This document shows, piece by piece, positions 37,609 through 50,825 of a stretch of 64,000 nucleotides of DNA; position 1 is the stretch's first letter; the number at the start of each line of letters is the position of its first letter. A program made the position numbers and the translations under genes. The DNA comes from Isurus oxyrinchus (taxonomy: Eukaryota), in the NCBI GenBank assembly GCA_026770705.1, contig JANJGN010000055.1:1488001-1552000 (forward strand). Reading direction: 5' to 3'. Below the pieces are notes generated by a model. It worked only from the letters and a program-made list of their open reading frames with translations, was not told the DNA's origin and did not search any database.

Positions 37609-38555
37609 TAAAAACAAAAAAACTGTGGATGCTGGAAACGCAAAACAAGAAACAGAATACCTTGAAAAACTCTGCAGGTCTGGCAGCATCGGCTAAGAAA
37701 AAAAGAGTTGACGTTTCAAGTCCTCATGGCCCTTCAGCAGAACGAAGTAAAAATAAGAGAGGGGTGAAATATAAGCTGGTTTAAGGTGAGGGAGTGGCGG
37801 GGACAGAAGCGGGGGCGGGGGTTGATTGGAAGGACAGGCAAGCAGTATTAGGAGCAGATAATCAAAAGACGTCGCAGACAAAAAAACAAAGAGAAGTGGT
37901 GATATTTTCCAAACGAATGTGCTAATAAAGAATGGATGGCGGGACACCCTGTACATCTCGAGGGGAGGTGGGGTGGAAAGACTCACAGGGCATCAAAGGT
38001 ATAGATTTAATAATATTGGAAATAGGTGGAAAAATAAAAATCTATATAAATTATTGGAAAAAAACTAAAGGAAGGGGGAAGAAACGTAATGTGACTGGGC
38101 ATGAAGGAGGGATTTCAAGATCTAAAGTTGGTGAATTCAATATTCAGTCCAGAAGTCTGTGAAGTGCCTAGTCAGAAGATGAAGTGCTGTTCCTCCAGTT
38201 TGTGTTGCGCTTCACTGCAACAATGCAGCAAGTGAAGGAAAGAGATGTGGGCAAGAGAGCAGAGTGGAGTGTTAAAATGGCAAGTGGCAGGGAGCTTTGG
38301 GTCTTTCTTGCAGACAGATCACAGGTGTTCTGCAAAGCGGTTTCCCAGTTTACGTTTGGTCTCTCCAATGTACAGGAGACTGCATTGGGAGCGACGAATG
38401 CAGTATACTAAGTTAGGGGAAATGCAAGTGAAATGCTGTTTCACTTCAAAGGAGTGTTTGGACCTTGGACTGTGAGGAGAGAGGAATTGAAGAGGCAGGA
38501 GTTGCATCTTTTACGTGAGCATGGGGAGGTGCCATAGGTTGGGGTTGAGGAGTAG
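37609..38555 (-). mobile_element. Second, shorter copy of the same PLE family (GIY-YIG + 3' repeat), with an 11-bp TSD
   Basis: Close match to 34008-34975 (ORF 38319-38507 KHSFEVKQHFTCISPNLVYCIRRSQCSLLYIGETKRKLG). Flanked by gaggtcagaaa (37598-37608) and gaggacagaaa (38556-38566). Confidence 0.9.
37706..37744 (-). ncRNA. Second hammerhead-like motif, variant core (CUGCUGA)
   Basis: Minus strand: CGTT-CTGCTGA-A-GGGCC-ATGAG-GACTT-GAAACGTC-AACT. Same layout as 34105-34143 with a weakened stem II. Confidence 0.45.
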
Positions 38556-38879
38556 GAGGACAGAAACTTGTGTATGAGAACAAGGTCATTAATTGAAAGG
38601 GAAAGAGACCGAACGTTCGCATTCATGCATCTGGGCGTCTGGAATTTTCAGTTTCATCATTAATGGCATATGGGCATCACTAGCTAGCCATCATTTATTG
38701 ACAATACTAATTCTGCCTTGAGAACTGAGTGGCTTGCTAATCTGTTTAAGAGAATAATCGAGAGCCAACCACATGGCTGTGGATCAGGAGTCTCTTATTG
38801 GCCAGACAACGTAAGGACATAAATTACCCCCAAAACAGACAACCAGTCCGCCTTTGGTCTCACCTGTGTAGAAGCAACG

Positions 38880-39490
38880 GCATTATGAGCGGGGAGAAAT
38901 GTATTGTTAAATGTTTAATTCTCTCAAATTAGTGCTTTGCAGCCCTGGGCAGTGAGTAAGGAGGAATTAAAGTGGCATTTATTGATCCTCCTACAATTTC
39001 ATGGGGGGAAGGTGTGATTTTGAGGTTGACAGAGAAGTTGATATGTGTATCCTGATTGAATGCTATATCTTTTGAATGCTGGCAGGAGGCAGGTAAAAAG
39101 ATGTTTTGTGGTTGCATCATGCTAGAGTTGTTGGTAATGGAAAAGGATGATACTTTGAGTATGAAACTTGGTGGTATGCAATGCTAGGACAAGGGGGATT
39201 CTAAAATTGTTTCAGAACCTAAGGGGAGATGTGAAGGAGGTCAGAGGAGCAGGAACAAGATTAGTCAGAGTTGAGTTCCCTGCCCATCACAGTCAGGATT
39301 GCATCCAGGGCTAAGACAAAAGGAAGATTTTCAGATTTGCCGTTATGGAAGGTGGCAACATCAGATCAGATGCGATGGAGATGGAGAAACTGGGGGAACG
39401 AAATTGGGTCTTTAAAGCAGTCAGGGAGTGAGGAGGTGAAGTCGAATTAACTTTGGGGTCGGTTGGCTTTGTAATGATGTTGGGATTAAA
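38880..39490 (-). mobile_element. Decayed PLE RT/thumb region (same broad family; resumes at ~41000-41320)
   Basis: Collinear with 35000-35440 (atgttttgtggttgcatcatgctagagttg; aaggtggcaacatcagatcagatgcgatggagatggagaaactggg). 41140-41320 matches 35685-35865. Confidence 0.7.
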
Positions 39491-39499
39491 GGGTTAATG

Positions 39500-40900
39500 T
39501 GATTAAGATGAGGTGTACTTTGAAATCTCTTTCTCCTGCTGTATATTGCCGTCAGAACTTCTTGGACAGCTCATCTTTCCTGGTTACCAATTTTTACTTG
39601 ATGTTGTTGCACAAAGAGTGAGCTGATATTGTGAAGGCTGAACATGATGTAACTTGCCTTTTATCAACTGCAGCCAGTTGAGCGTTTTCTTTGTTGAACT
39701 TATTGTATCAAAAGCCTGATGTGACTGATCTTTTTTGAGTGATTTTTTTCTGCTGAAGCTGTCCTTTGCAAGCGTGCAAATAATAATTTTCTACCTTTAA
39801 CTTATTCCAGAATTGCGGAAAAAAGTAGAAATGCTGATGCATTTGGTCTTGCGCTAATCAGTGCACTTCATAGGAATACGAACATATAAGGGGAAACCAG
39901 CATTTGATACTGTATCTGAAGCCTTGGTATGCAAATGCGCTCAGCTTGATGCAGCCGTTGCCATGGAAATGCACCAGTGATGGTGAGTGATAGTTAACTG
40001 CCTAGCATTGTTTGAACTATAAAGTAGGGAGACTGAGCCTCATTCTTCAAAACTTTGCCTCGAAGAATGAGTCAGCAAATGGCTGTAACTCATTTTCTTT
40101 AGCTGAAACAGGCGCAATGTGTGCAAATGTTCCATCTATGTGTATAAAACAGTGCCCTATTTCTTGTATATGCAGCTTCCAGGACATTCAAATGAGCCAC
40201 ATTGTGACACTGACTAAAAGTTTTTAATTGGTTGTCAGTGTAATTCTTCACGCACTGAGGATTTAGAAATTGTTGTCCAATCACGGAATCACATGTAATA
40301 TTGGGCACTCCATTGTGGGTTTTGGAAGCATGGGCTATTTGAGTAAGTTCTGTAGCTTGTCCATTGCAAACAATGGCTGTGATATTCTCTTTCACATGAG
40401 CCGCCTGCCTTTGAGGCGTACACCCTACATACCCAGCATCACACTAACATTGAAACCCATATGCCAGGTTATTTATTTGTGTGATAGGCAGAACTTCTTT
40501 TTGGCATCAAGGCAACATCCTTTTAGTAGCGACATCACTCGTGTTGCGGCTGCATAGTAGCATTTGTGGCTCAGAACTTTTCAATCCTTTTCATTTTAGG
40601 GTAATCTAGGGTAGACTTGCCACATTTCAGGATGGAAAGTGACGGTTTTAGCGTCATCCCGAATTTATGTAACACATCGCAAAATTATCTGATCAGGGTA
40701 GCCAAAGGCAGGGAGATTTGCATGCGACCTTGATCAGCAACAATCTTGCATGATGAGAAAATGGATCGGGTCATATTTATGAAGTTGCTGAAAAGCCCCA
40801 TGTCATAGTCTGCGAATCTCTGAGAATCTCAAAACATTTACTGACCCGTGAAGCTATTCCAGATTCTGAGTTCTTTTTTTGGTTATTGACAGCAGCAATC
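39500..40900 (-). mobile_element. PLE of a second family (GIY-YIG C-terminus followed by pLTR/ORF start)
   Basis: Minus strand CDAGYVGCTPQR (YVG motif, ~40410-40445). ORF 40099-40395 ..CDSVIGQQFLNPQCVKNYTDNQ..HLNVLEAAY matches the SAIGQHL..LEA PLE endonuclease tail. Confidence 0.7.
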
Positions 40901-41984
40901 CATCCCCGGAAATGGAAGTCAAAGCTGTACGACATTGATTGACAAGCGAAGCTGCGATAAGGGTTTAAATTGGAAGTAATGTTAAAGGAAATAATAAAAA
41001 AAAACATTTCTGCACAAGAACAGGCATTGGCACAGGTACATTCTTAGATGAACGAGAAAAGAAGCTAAAAGCTTTATGGGAGTTAGACACGGTAGAATTG
41101 GAACAAAAGGTTTTATATTCCCCATTGAAAGTCAGGCATAACTATGGGCCATGCAGTTACCCAAAACCATGCCTTTTACTTGGAAGAAGTGTGACACGTT
41201 TAATTAGAAACTTTCCAATGAGAGAACAAGTTCAGCCAGATGGAGGGGATTGCTGGTGGATGTAGATTGTTCTGGCCTCCGTTCAAGGAAGAAATGGCAC
41301 GCCCTCAGACCGTTCTGGTTAACCTTTTTAACAGCATAAACCGTCAAATTTCCACCTCTGTACAGTTCTCAAAACGTTAACTTCGTTTCTCTCTCCGCAC
41401 ATGTTTGTAGACATGTTATGCTTTTCCAGCTCGTCCTGTTTATGTTATATTCAGTTGAAAAAGTTCAACATAACGGCTTTGGTTTAATACACTATTCCAT
41501 CATGAAGGAAGCCGAGTGTGTTTTATACTTCATTAACCGCGCTCTCAAAGTGTCTTGCCGTAATCTATGGTAAATATAGATACACAGGCTCAATACTCTG
41601 CTCGGGGACAGCTTTCAAATATGCACCATTTATCGTCTCACTGAGTTTTTTGCGAGTAAAGTTAAACATTTTAATTTGCCTGTATTTAATTACATCTGCA
41701 AAGTGTTTAGGGAGTGTGTGGAATCATTGCAGAGTTGCTTTAAGTTCGGCCGTGGGTATTAATAACAAACGAGACTTACCCCTCGGCCACAATGATGGAT
41801 TTTTGCCCCACTTTACCGGTGCAACAGCCCCATTAATAATTCACTCACGCGTGGCTGCTGATGGCCGCCTCCCATATGCCCAGCATGTCTACCTTGATAC
41901 TTTATTACTCCATGCACCATATTTAAATTGCTGTTGTCCGCACAGTTCTGAATGTTTGCAGCTCAGGAAGGCTTCACTGAAGAC

Positions 41985-43930
41985 ATGGCGACAAAAGCAA
42001 AGCAGAGTGCAACTGTGGATTCAATGACGCATCCCTGAGACGCTTTTAGGACATCACCAGGCAAGCATGATGTCCTCTACTCTGTTCTGCCCATAGACTG
42101 CGCATCAGTTTCACCACCCCGGTTTGGGAGCTCGTGGCAGCGGCGGTCGTCGCCAGCAGTGCACACAACAGGTCGGACATCCAGTGCAGAAAAATAATAA
42201 ATGATCTCACCCCAGCCACAATGGTAATTCAACCATCTCATCATGATATCATGGTGATATTTTCACTGGACTGTTATTCTAAACACCCAGTGGATTACTC
42301 TGGGACCCTGGGTTGGAATCTCAAAAACGCAGATGCTGAAATTGGAATTCGATAAAAAATCTGGACCAAAACAGTTTGATGATGAGCATGAAACCATTCT
42401 CATTTGTCTTAAAAACTCATGTGATTCACTAATTGCCTTTCGGGAAGGATAATTGCTTTCCTTATCTGGTTTGGCGTGCATTTTACTTCAGAGCCACAGC
42501 AATATGATTCACTCTTAAAAGCTCCGTGATCAAGGGTTAGGTCTGGCGCATGATATCCACTACTCAAGAACGAATAATTTAAAAATGCCCTAAAAAAACC
42601 ATCAGTCCTACTCTCAGCCAGCTCAAGGGACATCATCGCTCACCCACACACGCCCACAGATCACCATCTGTCTTCATCTCCTCCAGATATTTCCACACCC
42701 AACCCCCCACCCCCCAAACCCATGTCGCCCATGGCTTCACTTAGCACACACACATGCCTGGCATCATTCCCATTTGGCCTGGCAAGTGGCTTGCTTACAA
42801 CCTTCCCATCGTTGTTTATTCAGAGCAAGATCACGGATAATCTACGGGCAGAGTACCAGACTTCTGGTGGATTCCCAGTCATCGAGCTATTCACTCTGTT
42901 CGAGATTTGCATGGTGGAGGTAACCAGAATGGAAGGGAAGTGTCCCTGCAGCGAAATGCACATCACAGGCAAGAATCCACAGAAGGATATCGCACCAGAT
43001 CATCAGGCTGTCAACGGTACACTGAGTCCACTGTTTCCCATGTAACGCGAGTGCCGGAACTAATTATCTTCAGTTACTCTCCTACACGCATCCTCTACGT
43101 CGCTGTCAAGCAAATTTAACGCCGACCCAAGCACAGGAAGTACCTATGATGAGGACTCTGAGGGCAGCACCTTTGAAGATCCGTCACAGCACCCTACCAC
43201 TACTTCCAAAAGCGCAGTGACACACACCTCTCTGGGACCTAGATGTCGAGCTCTAAATCTGGTGAGCACAGAACACAATCTATTCCACTAAAGGCAGAGA
43301 CAGGGACATCCTATATCGCTGCCACTCAATGATCTAGTGGAGGGAAGGACATTGTTGAGTATAAATCAGTTGATGAGACTTTTGACTCAGTCATCAATGA
43401 GTTGTTGGAGCTTCAAAGTCAATCACAGGAACATCATGAAGTGATTCCTGATGCAAAATGTGATATAAGACATTGTCTGGCTTCAGCCTGAGGTGAAAGC
43501 ACCGGCATGCCAACGCATCGGGGTAAACACTAGCAGGGTGACGGTCGCATAAGCATTGTTCCTGCTTTGCTGCCCGGGCTGAACTCCATTGCTGATGACA
43601 CAGTTGGCTTTAACCATTATTAATGCAAGAGGGGTGGGGGGCAAATCAATTTCACTCCAGATTCCCCTTCTCCTCAATAGTCAGCCAGAGGCTGATGGAC
43701 ACCCTTAAGGAAGATGACCAACAGCTGGATATCCTAGGCCACTCAACAGGTTTCTGGGAATGCCCATCCCATCGAAAGCCCCTCTTCTGGTGTCACCAAC
43801 ATCTCCAGTTCAGAAGACTGAAAAGCGTTAATTTGGCTCACATCAGAGTGCACAAAGCAGCTCGGGAAATCCCTCCTGGTCTAGGTCCTCCAGAAGATGC
43901 CTGCCAAAGGCATCACAGACAATTGGGTGT
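41985..43930 (+). pseudogene. Harbinger Myb/SANT-like DNA-binding protein gene, spliced, decayed
   Basis: Exon 1 (41985-42223): FNDASL..HDVLY..PVWELVAAAVVASSAHNRSDIQCRKIINDL, then donor gtaatt. Exon 2 from 42824 after ttattcag: SKITDNLRAEYQTSGGFPVIELFTLFE (the K..N..E..TGGG motif). The 3' boundary is approximate. Confidence 0.75.
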
Positions 43931-44859
43931 AGCAGTCAGCAGACTGCCCACACCTCCAATGTGCACATCGGGGGAGCACCAAGACATAGCAACAGTGTTA
44001 TGATTGTTAAGAATATGTTGTAGCACCATGTTGGCATCGGTGTACATGATGTTTGATATTGTAAATAAAGACTGAATAATGTCTAATTCTCTTGCTGCAC
44101 GTTGGGATGAACAGTGTTTTAGCATTCAGATGTGCAAACCTGGTTCCTGAAGATGAAGGGAAGTGTCTTAGTCCTCAGCCTCTTCCCTGTGCAGTCTCTT
44201 CAGATCAACTAATCATCCGGCTTCACACTCAATTGACACATTCGTGACAGCTGCACATCGATCATATATGTTATTGTAATCAGAATGTCATCGGCAGGAA
44301 TCACAGACTTTCATCATTATCCCTGAGTGCTGTCAGAGCCTTTGAGGTGGGTTTGGCCTCCAATCTCTTCAGCATCAGCGTCCGGTGACGGTGCAGTTCT
44401 GACGAAAAAGTGTGATATTGGCTGCCAAAGGATCAGGTGCTGTTAAAGTAGCACCGCTGAGCACACATGATATGAGACTGATCACAGAATGTAAGCAATC
44501 TGCCCTCGGCCAGACAGGAGTCAGACGTCTACTGAAGAAATGTGAAAAGTAGTGGAGTCTCCTCATGGCATGTTTTCATGATCCTCCTGAAACCTATCTA
44601 ATAATTGTGGCCTCCAGTGGCACTCCAATGCAAGTCCCTGAACACTGATTGAATGTGCGTTGCCTTCAGCCTGGTGCCAAACTTGCACCGATGCAAGGAT
44701 TTGTTTTTCCATCGCCTATCAGAAATTGCCATTGCCGGCTATGTTTCAAGCCAGATACCAGCACTGACCTCCCTGCATCTCGTCATCATTCTTCATGAAA
44801 CAGTTGGCCATTGAAGCCTCATCAAATTGTTTGCCTTGCCTGGCCAGTGCTATGTCCTC

Positions 44860-46210
44860 AGTGCTGTCAACCTCGGCTTCGGGAACTCATCACTCTCATC
44901 CCTTTCGACGCCCTCCTCGTGAAGGAGACGTGCAGCTCGTTCATCTCCTCCACATGCAGGTCTTCTGCCCAGTGCAGCACCAGGTTGTGCAGCGCCAATC
45001 AGCTGTGATGATGCGACACCCTCTGGGAGATGAATTACATGCCACACGGGTTGCAGAGATACCAGACCCTCAATGTCCTTATGTCTATTGTTTGCTCCAC
45101 CAACGTCTGATTTATGGCAAAGCCTCATTATACTATGTCGCTGTTGCAGCTTGAGGCTGGCACACGAGCTTGGTCAGCCACGTGGGTCGCCCTTGTCCCC
45201 AAGGATCCAGAACTGAAGCTTCTCAAGACACTTGAGGATGTTGAGATGTGCGGCCGGCAAATTATTTTTTGTTTATGAACACGCTGTGGGAATCATTTGG
45301 GGAGCTGGAGGATACACTTGTTGAGGTTGCAAACCAGCTGTGTGTACACTAACTGAGGGCCCTTGTGGTTGATGTCGTTGGACGTTTGTTGCCACAGAGA
45401 GCTAGGCACCGCATGAGTGCGCGCGATGGCACCATGCAACTGTAGAAAATCAGAGGTTGCCGGAAGACCTAGCGCTCTAAATGAAAACTTCCTGCCTTGC
45501 CTGACCCCGGTCAAAATGCACTAAGTTCTGGGCCTTCAGAAGAAGAGGTCCACGATCTCATGAAAGGCCCTGTGAGAGAAGGCTTGTGAGATCCCGCACA
45601 GGTCAAATGGGGAACCAGTTGTGTGTTACATCACGCTCCTGGTCACTGACAGTAGATGTCCTCCATGTCCCCATGGCTCTATATCGTGCAGTAGATGAGT
45701 TATGTGACCGACAATCCCCTAGAAATCTGCACTCTCTGGTGACACTGGTTCTTAGCCATATGCAGAAATGGCAGGAGCCATCTATGGGCCCTGGGTCTAG
45801 TGAGGCACGTAAGAGCGACGGCTCACTGTGGATCTTTAGCTGCGTTTGCAGGATGCCCTGCCACACCTTCATTGTGAGGTTAGCTTTCAACTCATTTGCG
45901 AGCCAGGCACTCTTTCCTTTGTTCTCTGCTCCCTGTAAGCAATGAAACACAGTAGTAGCTCAACCGGCTGCACAATCCTGATGTCTGCTCATGCAGGATC
46001 AGAAAGAGAGACGCTTGGGTTAGCACATGTGTCCAAAGTAAATCTCTTGGTGAAGACAAAAGGCCACTTGGCGCTTGCCAGCATGTGCCAGGCACCACCG
46101 CAAAAGCCAGTGCACTTCATGATTGTTCAAAACACCGCCTCTTTCATTCCCAACTCCCTTGACCTATTGCAGCAGTTTGTCTTCTGGAATTCATGCTGCA
46201 CTCTCAGCTC
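44860..46210 (-). pseudogene. Harbinger (HARBI1-like, DDE_Tnp_4) transposase, decayed
   Basis: Minus-strand remnants: DLCGISQ (~45590), GAIARTHA..INHKG...TQLVCN (degenerate GAIDCTH..NRKG..NVQ.VCD, 45293-45514), WILGDKG (~45190-45210), YNEA and ALHNL (~44980). Confidence 0.75.
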
Positions 46211-47489
46211 AAGGCGGGCATCCACCTAACACCACAGCAAGGCTAATTTGATCAATTAAACCATGAAGGGAACTGCTCTAAATCTGAATAACCACATATC
46301 ATGGACTCTAAGTGAGGTGGCCGCATTTCACAAGGGGCGTGAACAAATTGCCCAGTCGTCCAATTGCAGCATCCTAAAACGCTGATTAATTTGCAATGCG
46401 CGCTCGACAGATGAGAGGCTCTAGACAATTTGGTGGCACATTCATGCTTTTCCGTTGTTTGAGTGAGCAGACATGTTTCAGAACATGACTCCAAACATAT
46501 CAATGAAGTTGCTGCTGAACCATCCCACCTGTGCAGCAAAACTCAATTTTGACAAGATTTTTGACACCTGGCCTGTGGCTGCGAGCATCCATCCGTCTTT
46601 GCTATCTTGCTCCCCACCTATCAGCCCACCTACACCGGATCCCGTGCCCCAGCACTGCACTAAAAGCCAGCTGGGTATCAGTGACTTGCAGGTTCCCTCC
46701 CCACCACCCATGCCCTCTCCGGGACTCCAACAGAGTGTGCATTGCCTCTTCCTAAATGCCCTACGGGCGAGGCTTCTGAGTACTGCACAAGGTTGTGTGC
46801 ACTTACCTTCGAGGACTCTAAAACTTCAAGTCGCCAGATGCACGCTTGTAAACATAATCGTATATCATGACATTCTGAAGTCACATTGATGTGGGAGGTA
46901 GAATTAACGTGGACGGATGATTCCAGCCCCCGGCACAGTATTAAAATACCAAAATTTGTGGCCCCTTCATGACTGGGAAGGCGGTGCAAATGCGGGGAGC
47001 CATTCCAGACTTCAGTGGCTACGGCTGACCGTAGCATCCTGCTGGAATAAAATTCCACATTTTGTTTCTTACATTCGATTGCGGGAAGTGAAGCCCGTCA
47101 TTACCTGTTGCAGAGGCTATTCAAAAACTGTTTTTTCACGAAAGTGCAACTCCTCCGTTTGGCCTTCCCGCTATATTGCCCATTCACGCCCGCCATGACG
47201 CCCGCCAAACAAAGAGACAAGGAAATTCCGCCCATTGACACTTAGAATATTCCTACATGAAAGACAAGAAAAATAAAATAAAAAAAAAATAGGAAATCAA
47301 GGGGAAGAAGGAAGGGTGTAACTTGTAGAAATATTTAATACTAGAAGACAAAATACGTAGAAACATAACAGTAAAAATGGCAACCAATGTTTTTAATCTG
47401 ATGCTGTGCAACCCAGTGTTTTCAGAATAGTGGCTACAGAAATAAATGATTGGTTGCTTCAAATATTCTGAAATTCCAAAATCTGGAAA

Positions 47490-48250
47490 TGTCACACTAG
47501 GTTGTAACATGCTGAATGTAACACTTCTCTTGCATAGGGTAGTGGACGAAAGCAACAAATTCTAGAGCAGTGAGCCAAACCTCTCTCACTGGGAAAACAC
47601 TGGAATCCATGATTAATGATGGAGCAGCGGTTAATTTCGGAAATTATAGTACGAAAAGAGTGAACATGATTTTTTGAAGGAAAAATAGTCCTAGACAAAT
47701 TTATTCTTATATTCTCAGTTGTATGCAGCAGGGTGGATACACGGGGCAGCAATAGATCTACTTTAGTTGGTTTACAGAAAGAAAACGATCTGATGCTGTG
47801 TAATACAAAATCTTACCACAAAACATTCATGGAGTCGGGGAGAACGCATTATTATATATGGGGGAATGGTGAACAAAACCAAAGTGAGTCAGGATAAATG
47901 CGTCATTTTCAGCTTGACACTCGGTAACTAGTGGAGTGGCATAGGGCTCAATCGTGCAGCCTGACCTATTTCCAAACTCTCCAGATTTGTTCTATGAAAC
48001 GGCGAGTAAGCTGTACACAAAATTTCTAACCATGCCAAGAGAGCTGGGAAATAAAATTGCTAGGAATATACAAACAAGCCTGGAAAGTAGTTTAGAGATG
48101 TTAGCTGAAGACTTTTGACACGCGCTGTACAATTTTGGCATGTACTGTACAAAGTGGGAAAATGTCAGGATTTCCATTTTGTTCACAAGGATATCAAAGC
48201 AGGGTATTACTTAAATAAAAAGAGATTTTGGAAGGCTGTTGTGTAGGAGG
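47490..48250 (+). mobile_element. CR1 RT remnant
   Basis: ggaaatgtcacac, tcctagacaaatttatt, cagcagggtggatacacggggcagcaatagat and gtaactagtggagtggcatagggctcaatcgtg (degenerate VTSGVPQGSVL). Confidence 0.65.
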
Positions 48251-48254
48251 ACCT

Positions 48255-48900
48255 CTTTGCCAAAAAGGGTCAGGAGCATGTTATAAGGCGTTAGGTATAT
48301 GGGGCAGCTATTGCATCCCCTACTCTTGCATATGGAGAGGCTTGGGAGAAAGCAAATGAGATGTTTCATGTGGAGGAAATAACGAACAAACACGGAACAT
48401 CTGGCAGGGGTGGGGGAAGATGTTATTAGTGATCTAAGTGGACATGGTGGAAATTGTGGACGATAAAGTGCAGAAAGTGGAGATGGTTGGGATAGAAGGT
48501 GAGAATAAGGGGAAAAGTATCTTTCTGCTGGAAAGGAGGGGAAGACAGTGAGGGGAGAAATTTGGGAAAAGGAACAGGCTTTACCGAGGCATCAGACAAT
48601 TAAAATATGGGTTAAGTAATGCTGATTTTAAAGGAAGGCACATCTGAAGATTTGTTATGGGCAGTGACATCTGAACATTTGCAAAGGCGAAGGGAGAATT
48701 GTGCCTTGTTTACGGAAATGGGGTCAAACGAACAGTTTTCAATTTAACATTCTGATTTCGTAGTTCATAGAAAATATTAATGCTGAGAATAATCCCTGAA
48801 ATTCAGATGGAAAAGTAATCAAAATAAAGGTAGGTTCACAGGTGGCCCGTTTGCAGGCGTTGGGTGGTCAGAAAATAGATGCAAAATTGTTTACTCTGTC
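48255..48900 (-). mobile_element. Highly decayed PLE fragment
   Basis: Collinear similarity to 34750-35500 (gtggagatggttgggatagaaggtgagaataaggggaaa versus gtggaggctggtggggtgataagtgaggacaaggggga). Confidence 0.5.
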
Positions 48901-49394
48901 AAGATCATCCTTAAAGAAGGAACTGTTACAAAAAGAATCATCATTAACCTATCGAATGAAGTGTTGAACTAGGAAAGCTATACAACTCACATTCCGTGAG
49001 AGATGGACAAATATTTCAAATCCTGTCCTTTGCCTCCAGTTCTAGGTCCCACAATTTAATTTTGAGAAACTTGAAGAGAGTGCAGTCGAGGTTAAAGGGG
49101 ATTATTTTCCCCCATTAGCTGTCCTACTTTGGTAGCGATTCAAGCGGAAGCGAACAGAATAAATGATGGACGATACATTACGCCAAATAAAGATGAGGAA
49201 ACCAGGGAGTGAGTTTTGCTGAACTGCTGTTGCTGGCAACTGGCATTGGCAAGACAGGTGAAATGGCCGACTGCCTTTTTAAAAACATTTCACCGATCTA
49301 TTTATTAATTTATTTTTTGCATCTATGAATTGTTCTACTGAATTCCCACAGGTAGGTAGAGTGGCCAATTACACGTGTACAGGGGAAAAGCATT

Positions 49395-49560
49395 GGGTGT
49401 GGGCGTCGCTGGCTAGGCCAGCATTTATTGTGCACCCCTACTTAAAGGGTCAAACACATTGCTAGAGGTCTGGGTTCACATGCAGGCAGATTTCCCTCCC
49501 TAAAGGACATTCGTGAAACAGATGAAAATAACAATCCACAATGCCTTTGTGGACATTTAG
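49395..49560 (-). repeat. CR1-tail/SINE fragment
   Basis: gtgggcgtcgctggctaggccagcatttattgtgcacccct...gcagatttccctccctaaaggacatt.gtgaa, the same repeat as at 17640 and 38670. Confidence 0.6.
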
Positions 49561-50825
49561 TGCAGTGCTGCACCTGTCAAATACGACCATGTTTTTCCTG
49601 TGGGACCTGTCATTGTATAAATGTATTCAGTGCGGGGCATCATATTACACTTGCTGTAAGTAGAGCTGATGACGATGATTCTGGGTGCTGAATAATCTCC
49701 ATCGCCATACACAGTCCCAAGAGCCACTGGGAAATTAGAATAATGTTTTAATGAATAATATTTCCATTATGATTATAATTAGCTAATACCCAATTGCAGG
49801 TTTTACAGCACAGTAACGAGGCTCTCAGCCATTCTTCCTGCTGGAGACAAACCCTACTCTTCTGCAGGTCATCGGAGACTATCAGTATAATCTTCGATCC
49901 CTTTTTCCTTCATACTCAATTCACTTCATCAGTAAATATCATCTCATCCACTCCACGTGGTCGCAATTCCATATTCTCAACGACATTAAAGTATATCATT
50001 CTCTTTTCAGTATTTTCATGGATTTATTGCCGACTGTCCTGCATTGAGGTGAATGAGAATTGGACACACACACATGTGTCACAACTATCCTATCCTCATT
50101 AGCCTCTGTTAATTTAATGGCCCCCATTCATTAGCCCATAAGCATTCTCTTATCCACAGTATAGAGGCATAACAATTTCCACAATGCTAATCTGTTTGTT
50201 TCCGTATTACCTTTGGACAGAATGTCGGCAACTGATACATGGAGTTGTGATTCTGTTATGATCGGCCAGAACCTAACATATGTGTGAAATTCGCTATTAC
50301 CTCCATTCTATAAACAAACATATGTTTTAGTTCTTTTAGTGATCTTCCAGTTGAATTGAATGCCTGCTTTCTAATCGCATGTGCACCAACTCCATAAATA
50401 CCCTTCTATACATAATAATGTGATACATCTTTAGCTCCGGTACCCAAATTACGTGGAGTGGTCTGAGACAAATGTGAGTCGCCTGTATGAGGGCATTGCT
50501 CACACCTGAATGGTGAGTTTCCTGCAGAAGGCTGTGATCCCAAACTGGGATGACTCCTTACACTGAGAGTTGTCGGAGATCACATAACGATTTCCAGTAT
50601 ACCCATTTTGGTTACTCATGAACAACATTTAAGATGTCAACCTGGCTCCCGGAAGTAATCTGCTGCTTGGCTCAGAAACATATTTGTTACACCTGGTTTG
50701 GATGCTGGCTGAAGTCACGGTCAAGTTAAGCCTAACCACTGACTTGCTACCAAATTCGTGCTGCTAAAATCCAATCTACCTGGACTCGGAAACGGAAAGA
50801 GTTCATCAGTAACCGCCCATCTCCG

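Larger units (their letters stand above)
37090..38640 (-). mobile_element. Older PLE 3' remnant (37090-37597 and 38567-38640) interrupted by a younger PLE
   Basis: Degenerate terminus (gtgctgaaaaacccagcagatctgacag) and ORF end (gtattgaactcgaagttgcatccagaatgctgt; gtgcttcactggaac). Homology resumes after 38566. Confidence 0.6.
41794..47233. mobile_element. PIF/Harbinger DNA transposon, decayed (convergent Myb/SANT gene and transposase)
   Basis: Two convergent coding remnants (listed separately). The right end ggaaattccgccc is a plausible TIR; the left end gatggatttttgcc is its degenerate complement. Confidence 0.75.

Noticed and set aside
41518-42027. 169-aa ORF
   Set aside because: It spans a LINE tail, the Harbinger left end and the Myb start in a different frame, so it is a chance chimera.
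49705-49775. Possible exon 1 of GPCR B (ata cac agt ccc..gaa att aga ata atg ttt)
   Set aside because: Only vague similarity to exon 1 of copy A, with no GVP motif or splice donor.
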